From contig JAGRHQ010000001.1 of assembly GCA_020444905.1 (NCBI GenBank), positions 810-64,809 on the forward strand: 64,000 nucleotides of DNA. Direction: 5' to 3'. This stretch comes from Candidatus Competibacteraceae bacterium (GTDB lineage: Bacteria; Pseudomonadota; Gammaproteobacteria; Competibacterales; Competibacteraceae). The translations under genes were made by a program, and so were the position numbers. Numbering within the stretch: the stretch's first letter is position 1; the number at the start of each line of letters is the position of its first letter. Below are positions 1 to 7,806 of this stretch, piece by piece. The notes under the pieces were generated by a model. That model was not told the DNA's origin. It saw only the letters and a program-made list of their open reading frames with translations, and ran no database searches.

Positions 1-1015
1 TGCGGTTCTCCACGGCGCAGCCCAAATCCAGATGACGTTCCGCGTAAACCTTGGCCAGTGAGTCGAGAATCCGGCGAGTCAGGGGCGCGACTGGCAAAGG
101 GGCGCTAAGCGCGATGCGCCCGGAAGCGGCGGCCCGCTGCAATTGATAATCCACGGTGCGATTCATTCGCTCCAGTTGCTCGCCCAGCACCTGTCGCAAT
201 TCCTCGGGAGAGGCGCTGTTATCCAATGCGCCGTGCAATACCGCCAACGGTGTTTTCAGGCTATGCGCCAGATCGCCCAGGGCATTGCGGTAGCGATCCA
301 ACAGGGTGCGCCCCTGGCGCACCAGGGCGTTCAGATTGATCGTGAGCGGGCGCAGTTCATCAGGATAATCACTGCTCAGTTCGATGCGTTGGCCGGTTTC
401 AATTTCGGTGACCTCGGTCGCCACGCGCCGCAGCGGTTTCAGGCTCCAACGCAAGATTAAACCTTGCACGGTGAGCAATACACCGGTGGCCGCCAGCAGC
501 CAGCCCCAAAGATTACGCCGGAAACTCCAAAGCTGGTCAAGAAAGTTCCACTGGGTTTCAGCGACGCGGAACGTATAAAGACGGTATTGATTCGGGGCCA
601 TTTCCCAACTGACGGTGAAGGCCAGCAGAAACAGCGGGGGGCCTTCCGACGCCTCCAATGGCGCGAATTGAGTATCGCCAGGATTGCGGATTGCCGGGAA
701 AAACGGCAACGCCATGCCCAGCAGCGAGGGCGAGCGCCAGATCAGATTGCCTCTAGCGTCCATGACATCCGCGTACAGGCCGGAATCTGGAGTGGAGAAA
801 CGGGCTTCCGGCAATGCCTGGGGCAAGGTTAGGCGTTCGAAAGCATCCATGTCGACCGCGCCCAGCAGCATGTAAACCTGCGCCTGCAGGCGGTCCTGGA
901 CAGCGGCCAGAGCGCTCTCCTGGAACGCCCGGTCAAGCGCCAAGCCGGTCAATCCCAAAAAGGCGGCCAGCACCACGCTGGCGGCAATCAGCAAGCGACT
1001 GCTGAGGGAATGCAT
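1..1015 (-). CDS. Sensor histidine kinase, N-terminal ~338 codons (2 TM segments, periplasmic loop, HAMP-like linker, HisKA H-box). The 3' end lies beyond the window start.
   Basis: It is absent from the ORF track because it runs off the edge. My reverse-complement translation from ATG 1015-1013 stays open to nt 1: MHSLSSRLLIAASVVLAAFLGL...LWGWLLAATGVLLTVQGLILRWSLKPLRRV...RYRNALGDLAHSLKTPLAVLHG. The H-box is DLAHSLKTPL. The start lies 6 nt after the response-regulator stop. Confidence 0.8.
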   Translation of the reverse strand, partial: MHSLSSRLLIAASVVLAAFLGLTGLALDRAFQESALAAVQDRLQAQVYMLLGAVDMDAFERLTLPQALPEARFSTPDSGLYADVMDARGNLIWRSPSLLGMALPFFPAIRNPGDTQFAPLEASEGPPLFLLAFTVSWEMAPNQYRLYTFRVAETQWNFLDQLWSFRRNLWGWLLAATGVLLTVQGLILRWSLKPLRRVATEVTEIETGQRIELSSDYPDELRPLTINLNALVRQGRTLLDRYRNALGDLAHSLKTPLAVLHGALDNSASPEELRQVLGEQLERMNRTVDYQLQRAAASGRIALSAPLPVAPLTRRILDSLAKVYAERHLDLGCAVENR

Positions 1016-1021
1016 CAGCAC

Positions 1022-1705
1022 TCAGCCGGCAGTGCGTTCCAGACGGAATCGGTAACCGCGTCCCCGCAAGGTTTCAATAGGGTTGAGTGTACGATCCGGG
1101 TCAAGTTTGCGGCGTAATCGGCCCACCAACACTTCCAGCACGTTACTGTCACGGTCCTCATCTTCCTGATAGAGATGCTCGGTCAGTTCAGTTTTGGAAA
1201 TCACTGTGCCCGCGTGAAGCATGAGGTATTCCAGCAATTTGTATTCATAGGCGGTCACTTCCACCGGTTGGGTATTCAAGGCGACCTGTTGGGCACTGGT
1301 GTCCAGGGTGACAGGTCCGCAATACAACACCGCCTGGGTCCAGCCGCCAGTGCGGCGAATCAGCGCCCGCAACCGCGCCAGCAATTCCTCGGCATGAAAG
1401 GGTTTAACCAGATAATCGTCAGCACCCGCTTCCAGTCCTTCGACCTTGTCTTGCCAGCGCCCGCGGGCGGTCAGAATCAGAATCGGGAATTTGCGCCCTT
1501 CCGAACGCCAGCGACGGATCACTTCAATGCCAGACATCTCAGGAAGGCCTAGATCGACAATCGCCGCATCCAGCGGGTATTCCTGACCCACGTAAAGTCC
1601 GGTTCGACCATCGGCGGCGGCATCGATTGCGTAACCTTGTTCGCGCAATTGGGCGGTGACCCGTTCCAGCAATGGGGCTTCGTCTTCAACAATTAGAATG
1701 CGCAT
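1022..1705 (-). CDS. OmpR/PhoB-family response regulator (receiver + winged-helix), 227 aa
   Basis: Track ORF 1022..2092 was trimmed to ATG 1705-1703, which is preceded by GGAGG. Sequence MRILIVEDEAPLL...AAIVDLGLPEMSG...LVKPF...LRGRGYRF. The longer N-terminal extension overlaps the PepSY gene in another frame. Confidence 0.9.
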   Translation of the reverse strand: MRILIVEDEAPLLERVTAQLREQGYAIDAAADGRTGLYVGQEYPLDAAIVDLGLPEMSGIEVIRRWRSEGRKFPILILTARGRWQDKVEGLEAGADDYLVKPFHAEELLARLRALIRRTGGWTQAVLYCGPVTLDTSAQQVALNTQPVEVTAYEYKLLEYLMLHAGTVISKTELTEHLYQEDEDRDSNVLEVLVGRLRRKLDPDRTLNPIETLRGRGYRFRLERTAG

Positions 1706-1724
1706 GTTGCCTCCCAACCGGTAT

Positions 1725-2060
1725 TCAATCGCGCATGGCGCCGTTGCCGGGATCATAATGGAAGTTGCGAACCCGACCATCGGGTTGCAGGATGCGGACC
1801 CGATAGCCGCGCCGTCCATCGCGTTCGGCGCCCTGCACGCCCAATACCCGACCTCCGGTCGCACGGCGGGCGGCGTCAGCCGCTCGATCGGGATCGGCGA
1901 ACGGGCGGCCCGGCGAACGATCCGCTCTACCACGAGCAGGTGGGCCATAGTCGCCACTTCGGTAGGATCGATAGGATTGCGCTTGGGCATTGCCGGTGAC
2001 GAGCAAGCCCGCCAGCGCCAAAAACGCCAAATAACGCGATAACATCGATCGATTGGACAT
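1725..2060 (-). CDS. Small secreted PepSY-like protein, first gene of the PepSY-RR-HK operon
   Basis: 111 aa with a signal peptide (LAFLALAGLLVTGNAQA). The C-terminal GGRVLGVQ...GYRVRILQPDGRVRNFHYD resembles the PepSY fold. Its position directly upstream of a two-component pair is a common arrangement. Confidence 0.6.
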   Translation of the reverse strand: MSNRSMLSRYLAFLALAGLLVTGNAQAQSYRSYRSGDYGPPARGRADRSPGRPFADPDRAADAARRATGGRVLGVQGAERDGRRGYRVRILQPDGRVRNFHYDPGNGAMRD

Positions 2061-2191
2061 GACGTAAAGCTTCCAGATGAACTCTTGAACAAGATTAAAT
2101 TTTAGCTTGATGAGCGTGAATCAGGACTGAATTATCCAGATAAAACCTTCGATCTTTCGCCGCAAGCCTGTGTGGACGGAGCGCCGTAGGT

Positions 2192-2208
2192 ATTCAGTAG
2201 GGATTCAG
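2192..2208. promoter_or_regulatory. Direct repeat ATTCAG-N5-ATTCAG (11-bp period), a candidate OmpR-family response-regulator box in the divergent intergenic region
   Basis: gtATTCAGtagggATTCAGcc at 2192-2208. Related copies are GAATCAGGAC at 2118-2127 and the inverted CTGAAT at 2127-2132. Tandem hexamers one helical turn apart are typical of OmpR/PhoB-type sites. There is no experimental support. Confidence 0.25.
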
Positions 2209-2288
2209 CCGGAGCTTCCTAGTCTGGATCGCACTGCATGACACGGGAATGACGTCGTGGATCCGCAATCAATCGGGAGTAAACAAAG

Positions 2289-3134
2289 ATGAACATGAAA
2301 TGGCAAGCAGGATTATTGGCGATTTTAATCCTGTTGGGTCCGACTGTGGTTTGGGCGCAGCGGTTCAACATGCGTGATATCGAGGTAGAAGTAGTCAATG
2401 AAAGAGGACGACCGTTTCCACAATACCCGTTACGGCGCGGTAACCACGGGATGATTTATAAGGCGCATCTGGAAGCGGTGCGCGGCAGCAATTATTCGAT
2501 CCAGATTCGCAATCGCAGCAATCAGCGGATTGGCGTGGTGATCGCCGTGGATGGGCGCAATATCATTTCCGGCGAACGCTCCAATCTTCGTTCGGACGAA
2601 CGAATGTATGTGCTTGGACCCTATCAGCAGGAAACCTATGAAGGTTGGCGAACCGGTAAAAATCGGGTCAATCGTTTCTATTTCACCGACGCTGGCGACT
2701 CCTACGCGGGCGCCTGGGGCGATTATTCCGCGATGGGCGTTATTGCAGTGGCGGCTTTTCGAGAAGTTGCGTATGAACCGGCGCAGCCTCAGCCCTGGTC
2801 CGAAGGCCGGCGGAATGAACGCCGCATGGGCGAAGCCAGCCCGCAAGGCGCGCCTCCAGCGGCGGCGGATGCGCCGCGCACCCTGCGGGCAGCGCCTGGC
2901 ACCGGCTATGGTGAAAAAGAGTGGTCTCCATCGCGGCGTGTGGAATTTGAAGCTGAGCGGCGACCCTTTGCGCAATTTTTCCTGAAGTATGCTTGGCGCG
3001 ATACGCTGTGCCAAGAACGAGTCATTGATTGTGATCGCAGCCAGCGGCATCATCCGCGCAACCGATTCTGGGATGAAGAGGATCGCTATGCGCCGCATCC
3101 GCCACGTTATGATCGTTACGAGGATTTGCGGTAG
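2289..3134 (+). CDS. Secreted protein of unknown function (281 aa)
   Basis: Signal peptide MNMKWQAGLLAILILLGPTVVWAQ. The ORF is clean and followed by a hairpin terminator. I recognise no family motif. The C-terminus is charged and Arg/Asp/Pro-rich. Confidence 0.7.
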   Translation: MNMKWQAGLLAILILLGPTVVWAQRFNMRDIEVEVVNERGRPFPQYPLRRGNHGMIYKAHLEAVRGSNYSIQIRNRSNQRIGVVIAVDGRNIISGERSNLRSDERMYVLGPYQQETYEGWRTGKNRVNRFYFTDAGDSYAGAWGDYSAMGVIAVAAFREVAYEPAQPQPWSEGRRNERRMGEASPQGAPPAAADAPRTLRAAPGTGYGEKEWSPSRRVEFEAERRPFAQFFLKYAWRDTLCQERVIDCDRSQRHHPRNRFWDEEDRYAPHPPRYDRYEDLR

Positions 3135-3169
3135 TTTGTAGAGAGGCTTTAACTGCCGAGAGTTGAATT

Positions 3170-3200
3170 CCCCGCAGCTCGCTGCGGGGCTGGCTTTTTT
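3170..3200 (+). terminator. Rho-independent terminator, possibly bidirectional, between the 2289..3134 gene and epmA
   Basis: CCCCGCAGC-tc-GCTGCGGGG stem (3170-3189) followed by ctggcTTTTTT (T-run 3195-3200). Confidence 0.6.
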
Positions 3201-3210
3201 GCGCACTGCC

Positions 3211-4191
3211 TTACGCCCGATCAAACGGAAACGCTAACACCTCGGCCAGCGTCTCTTTCCCCGCCGCCAGCATGACCAATCGGTCAAAGCCCAGCGCTAC
3301 CCCGGCGCAATCGGGCAATCCCTCCGCCAGCGCCATCAGCAGGTTTTCATCAATCGGCATCACTGGCAAACCTTGCGCCTGCCGCGCCGCATTCTCCGCG
3401 GTAAACCGGTGGCGTTGTTCAACCGCATCCCCCAGTTCGTGGAAACCGTTCGCCAGTTCGATACCGTTCAAATACAACTCAAAACGTTCGCCAACCAGTG
3501 GATTGTCCGGTTGCAACCGGGCCAACGCCGCTTGCGAAGCGGGATAGTCGTAAACGAAGCACAACCGTCCCTGACCAAGACCAGGTTCAATGCAGTGCGT
3601 AAGCAACAAGTCCAGCCAGGGATCGACATTTTCCTTCGGCATCCCCGGTGGGATAGAAATGCGCCTTTTTTCCGTAGCGATTACCAGTTGCGCAACCGTT
3701 GCCTGATGCGGATTCAGGCCAAACTGTCGTTCAAACATGTCCTGATAGCTCAGCCATTCCGGTTCCGCCAGCGGTAACCGGTCAGCCAGCAATTCTGTTA
3801 CCAGATCAGTAACCTCTTGCATTAACTGATGATGATCAAAACCGACCCGGTACCACTCCAGCAGGGTGAATTCGGGATTATGACGGCGCCCGGCTTCGCC
3901 ATCGCGAAACACCCGGGCGATTTGGTAGATACAACCGCTACCCGCCGCCAACAGGCGCTTCATGGGAAATTCCGGGGAAGTATGCAGGTACAGCGTTTGG
4001 GCGTGGCGCGGCCCTGGTCCTGAATACGCGGTGACGAAACTGGTCAGATGCGGGTCGGTAGTTGCCGCCGCTGACAGCATCGGTGTTTCCACCTCCAGCA
4101 CCTCCCGCGCTGCAAAGAACGCACGGATTTGCGCCAGTAATTCAGCTCGCAGTCGCAGTATGCCTGACGCCGGATGCTTGTAGCCTGACAT
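3211..4191 (-). CDS. epmA: EF-P--(R)-beta-lysine ligase EpmA (PoxA/GenX), 326 aa
   Basis: Class II LysRS-like core without an anticodon domain: LEVETPMLS..., YLHTSPEFPMKRLLAAG, FRDGEAGRRHNPEFTLLEWY, GVALGFDRLVML. The start was trimmed to ATG 4191-4189 (MSGYKHP...), which overlaps the TAA stop of the upstream gene (TAATG). Confidence 0.9.
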   Translation of the reverse strand: MSGYKHPASGILRLRAELLAQIRAFFAAREVLEVETPMLSAAATTDPHLTSFVTAYSGPGPRHAQTLYLHTSPEFPMKRLLAAGSGCIYQIARVFRDGEAGRRHNPEFTLLEWYRVGFDHHQLMQEVTDLVTELLADRLPLAEPEWLSYQDMFERQFGLNPHQATVAQLVIATEKRRISIPPGMPKENVDPWLDLLLTHCIEPGLGQGRLCFVYDYPASQAALARLQPDNPLVGERFELYLNGIELANGFHELGDAVEQRHRFTAENAARQAQGLPVMPIDENLLMALAEGLPDCAGVALGFDRLVMLAAGKETLAEVLAFPFDRA

Positions 4192-6017
4192 TACGCCGGC
4201 TGCAATTGCACTACGGTTTCCGCCGTCATGCAAACCCGGTTACGACCACCATTTTTAGCTTCATACAACGCCGTGTCAGCACGCTGCACGAGATCCAGCA
4301 GCGTTTCCTGCGGCTGGCGAATCGCAATGCCAATGCTCACGGTGATCATGCGCCCGGTCATCGGCGCCTCAAAACGAATAGCCGTGACCTGCGTCCGCAA
4401 TCGTTCGGCAAAAACAGTGGCCTGAGCCACCGCATCGCCCACCACAAAGATGGCGAACTCTTCCCCGCCCAGCCGCATTGGAATATCGCTGCCTCGAATG
4501 GAACTCAGGATTTCCGCAGCGACCCGCCGTAGTACAACATCTCCCTGATTATGCCCGTAGGTGTCATTCACGCTTTTGAAGTGATCAATATCCAGCATCA
4601 GCACCGCCACCCGGTTGCCAGGATTGCGATCCTGAATGTCGCAGAGCCGCTGGACAACCTCCTGCATATAAATGCGTGTGAACAGACCGGTCAGAGGATC
4701 GCGGATCGAACGCTCGTAAATTCGTTGCCGCTCCATGTCGAGTTGACGATAAATGACTTCCCGCTCCACGGCGACTTGCAATGGCACACTCATCTGCTCA
4801 ATGACCTGGCGCAGCTCATCACTAGAGGTCACCGGCTCGGCCAGATGAATAATCGCCACCGCATGCGCCGTTCCTTGAGCAGGCGAAAACAAGGGCAACA
4901 TCAAAGCCAGCGCATCATCGCTGTCGCTGGCCAGCATGAACTCGGTGGCGCCGGTTACATGCAATTCGCTCCATTGCTTGTGATCCAGATCGAGAATGCG
5001 AGCGACGACGGCGGGCGTTTCGGTGTTGATGCCACGGTAGCGGCTCTCAGGCGAAAGATGCAGAACTTTCTGTTCGTCCAGCCGAGCGTAAAACTCCAGT
5101 GAAGTCGCGGGCAAGATTCGTTGGGTGATCGCTAACAGACTATCAGCGATGTCATGAAAGTCCCGGTAGATCAACATGGTGTGCGTGATGTCGCGCAACG
5201 TTTGATTGAGTTGGGACAAACGCCGGATGTCGGTGTCGCCGTAGGCAATCAGGTAAAGTCCGCAATCCAGGGTTTTCAGCTTGTTGATCATGAAGCTGAC
5301 CAGCTTCTCGGGAATGATCGAACCATGCTGTGGGGCGATGATGCGAATCGGACAACGCTCAATGGCTTGCAGCGCATAACCGAGAATATCCCGACTCGGC
5401 ATGTAGTGTTCGTGAAACGGGCGCATAGCCTCGAAATACGCTTCGCCTTGCGCTACCAGGGAAAACTCCGGTGTTAACCCACCAAAGATATCGCTGGAAA
5501 ACAAGACCCGAGATACCGGGTCAAACGTGCAGATCGCGCCAGGAAAGTGTGCGTAGGGAGTAAATACAAACTCCAGCGTGCGGTCTTCCAGCGGCAATTT
5601 CCAGGCATGTTCCTCCACCAACCAGAACGGCATTCGCAACCCATAATGCTTGATCAGCATCTGAGTTCGCCAATGCGTAATCAGTACGGCATCGTCCCGA
5701 CCCACGATTTGATCGATTAACGGCAATGCGCCGGTGATGTCCGGATCCTGATGGTGGCAGATAAAATAGCGGATCTGGGAAAACGGGATGATCTCCTCGA
5801 TCTTGCGCAGGGTATGGCGGAAAGTCAGCACCGAACCGGGATCCAGCAACACTGATTGATTTCCCTGCTCAATCAGATACACATGACATTGAAAAGTATC
5901 TTTTTCCTGATAATGTCCGACCCACCAGATCCGATCGGCGACCTGGATCGCATGGCGAATGTCAGCATGTTCAAGATCGTCAATCGTGCAGGGGGCAGTC
6001 ATCGCCATATTCTCCAC
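4191..6017 (-). CDS. Diguanylate cyclase with an N-terminal flavodiiron/ODP-like metallo-beta-lactamase-fold domain and a central GAF-like region
   Basis: The C-terminal GGDEF domain is intact: DPLTGLFTR, DIDHFKSVND, I-site RGSD, RLGGEEFAIFV, YEAKNGGRNRV. The N-terminus has an MBL-fold signature, YFICHHQDPDITGALPLI...FTPYAHFPGAICTFD...LFSSDIFGG. The start is ambiguous: GTG 6017, ATG 6008 or ATG 6002. Confidence 0.85.
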   Translation of the reverse strand: MENMAMTAPCTIDDLEHADIRHAIQVADRIWWVGHYQEKDTFQCHVYLIEQGNQSVLLDPGSVLTFRHTLRKIEEIIPFSQIRYFICHHQDPDITGALPLIDQIVGRDDAVLITHWRTQMLIKHYGLRMPFWLVEEHAWKLPLEDRTLEFVFTPYAHFPGAICTFDPVSRVLFSSDIFGGLTPEFSLVAQGEAYFEAMRPFHEHYMPSRDILGYALQAIERCPIRIIAPQHGSIIPEKLVSFMINKLKTLDCGLYLIAYGDTDIRRLSQLNQTLRDITHTMLIYRDFHDIADSLLAITQRILPATSLEFYARLDEQKVLHLSPESRYRGINTETPAVVARILDLDHKQWSELHVTGATEFMLASDSDDALALMLPLFSPAQGTAHAVAIIHLAEPVTSSDELRQVIEQMSVPLQVAVEREVIYRQLDMERQRIYERSIRDPLTGLFTRIYMQEVVQRLCDIQDRNPGNRVAVLMLDIDHFKSVNDTYGHNQGDVVLRRVAAEILSSIRGSDIPMRLGGEEFAIFVVGDAVAQATVFAERLRTQVTAIRFEAPMTGRMITVSIGIAIRQPQETLLDLVQRADTALYEAKNGGRNRVCMTAETVVQLQPA

Positions 6018-6106
6018 ACAAGGCCCCGCCGATTCAGGAGGGCTAAAGTCGGGTATTTTTGCAAGCAGCGCAGCTTTTAAGGAACCCGCTTTGCTGTTTT
6101 CAACCG

Positions 6107-6122
6107 AATTAACGGGTTAATT
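6107..6122. promoter_or_regulatory. Perfect 16-bp palindrome AATTAAC-GG-GTTAATT, a candidate operator between efp and the diguanylate cyclase gene
   Basis: Read directly at 6107-6122, about 90-105 nt upstream of the cyclase start codons and about 36 nt downstream of the efp stop. No T-run follows on either strand, so it is less likely to be a terminator. Confidence 0.3.
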
Positions 6123-6157
6123 ATGTACGGCCTGCCCGTAAAAACCCACTTTCGCAA

Positions 6158-6727
6158 CTATTCTTTGACCCGGGACACATATTCGCCCGTTCGGGTGTCT
6201 ACTTTGATGACCTCGCCACTCTGGACAAACAACGGCACGCGGACCACCGCGCCGGTTTCCAGGGTCGCTGGTTTGCCGCCGCCGCCCGAGGTGTCGCCGC
6301 GCAGACCCGGATCGGTCTCGATAATGGTCATGATGACGAAATTCGGAGCCGCGACGCTCAAAGGGACGCCGTTCCACAGGGTAACCTGGCAAATTGCTTC
6401 TTCCTTCAGCCATTTTGCGGCATCGCTCACCGCTGCTGCGTCAGCGGTGACTTGTTCAAAACTCTGCGGGTCCATGAAATGCCAGTATTCGCCGTCGTTG
6501 TAGAGATATTGCAGTTCAACATCGACGACATCGGCGCCTTCCACGGTGTCGCCGGATTTAAAGGTGCGCTCGATGACCCGACCGGTTTTCAGGTTGCGCA
6601 CCTTGACTCGGTTGAACGCTTGGCCCTTACCGGGCTTGACGAATTCATTCTCGACGACGGTATAAGGATCGCCATCCAGCATGATCTTCAGCCCACCCTT
6701 GAATTCATTGGTACTATACGTTGCCAT
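6158..6727 (-). CDS. efp: Elongation factor P
   Basis: Trimmed to ATG 6727: [49 protein letters not shown]... The modified-lysine loop KPGKGQAF is present. 189 aa. Confidence 0.95.
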   Translation of the reverse strand: MATYSTNEFKGGLKIMLDGDPYTVVENEFVKPGKGQAFNRVKVRNLKTGRVIERTFKSGDTVEGADVVDVELQYLYNDGEYWHFMDPQSFEQVTADAAAVSDAAKWLKEEAICQVTLWNGVPLSVAAPNFVIMTIIETDPGLRGDTSGGGGKPATLETGAVVRVPLFVQSGEVIKVDTRTGEYVSRVKE

Positions 6728-6771
6728 GCAAAATTCGCCTTCTGTTAGAGTGATTGAGCAATAAAGCATAT

Positions 6772-7788
6772 ATGATAACTGCAAAGCCGTTGTCCCGTCA
6801 GGCTTCGTGCTGGCAGCGGGAATTCGCCCGCGCTATCCGCGATCCCAACGAGTTACTGCGAGAGCTTGACCTCAATCCCGCCTTATTGCCCGCAGCGCAA
6901 GCCGCGGCGGTAAAATTTCCGCTGCGGGCGCCACGAGGTTTCGTGGCGCGGATGCGTCGGGGCGATCCAGACGATCCGTTGTTAAGGCAAGTGTTGCCGC
7001 TGGCGGAGGAACTGGCGCCCGCGCCCGGCTTCGTCGCTGATCCGTTAGACGAACAGGCCACGCAAGCCGCGCCAGGGGTTCTGCATAAATACCCCGGTCG
7101 CGCGCTGTTGATCGCCACGGGCGTTTGCGCGGTGCACTGCCGTTATTGCTTCCGCCGGGCGTTTTCCTACACCGAGGCTCGAGCCGGAGCGAATCAGTGG
7201 CGATCAGCGTTGTCCTATTTGGCCAGTGACGCCAGCATTCGTGAAGTCATCCTCAGCGGCGGCGATCCACTGGCGTTGTCCAACCGTCGGTTGAGCGTCT
7301 TGCTGGCGGCGCTGGAGCAGATCCCGCATCTGGAGCGGTTGCGGATTCACAGCCGGTTGCCGATTGTTTTACCCGAGCGCATCGACGGCGGGTTGGCGGC
7401 AGCGCTAACCGACACTCGGTTGCGCCCAGTGCTCGTGATCCATGCCAATCACCCGCATGAAATCGACGAAACCGTGGTCAAGGCGCTAGAATGTTTGGCG
7501 ACGGCAGGCGTGACATTGCTAAATCAGTCAGTGCTGCTGCGTGGCGTTAATGACGATGCAGCAACCTTGGCGGCATTAAGCGAGGCGTTGTTTGCCGCCC
7601 GAGTACTGCCCTATTATTTGCACTTGCTTGACCATGTGCAGGGTGCGGCGCATTTTGCTGTGAAGGAAAACGTAGCATTAGCTATTATGAACACATTACG
7701 TCAGCGGTTGCCAGGCTACCTGGCGCCTCGGCTGGTGCGAGAACAACCAGGGCAATTGGCCAAAACCTTGGTTGAATCACGCCGCTGA
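6772..7788 (+). CDS. epmB: EF-P beta-lysylation protein EpmB (lysine 2,3-aminomutase, radical SAM)
   Basis: Radical-SAM CAVHCRYC motif and the KamA/YjeK-like sequences GDPL, LRIHSR and PYYLH. The start was moved from TTG 6754 to ATG 6772 (MITAKPL...). It is divergent from efp, as in E. coli. Confidence 0.9.
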   Translation: MITAKPLSRQASCWQREFARAIRDPNELLRELDLNPALLPAAQAAAVKFPLRAPRGFVARMRRGDPDDPLLRQVLPLAEELAPAPGFVADPLDEQATQAAPGVLHKYPGRALLIATGVCAVHCRYCFRRAFSYTEARAGANQWRSALSYLASDASIREVILSGGDPLALSNRRLSVLLAALEQIPHLERLRIHSRLPIVLPERIDGGLAAALTDTRLRPVLVIHANHPHEIDETVVKALECLATAGVTLLNQSVLLRGVNDDAATLAALSEALFAARVLPYYLHLLDHVQGAAHFAVKENVALAIMNTLRQRLPGYLAPRLVREQPGQLAKTLVESRR

Positions 7789-7806
7789 TGAAGTCTTGCT
7801 TCCCGT

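Noticed and set aside
1706-2092. N-terminal 129-aa extension of the response-regulator ORF (track ORF 1022..2092)
   Set aside because: The receiver domain starts cleanly at MRILIVEDE (ATG 1705), which has a GGAGG RBS. The extension overlaps the PepSY-like gene in another frame.
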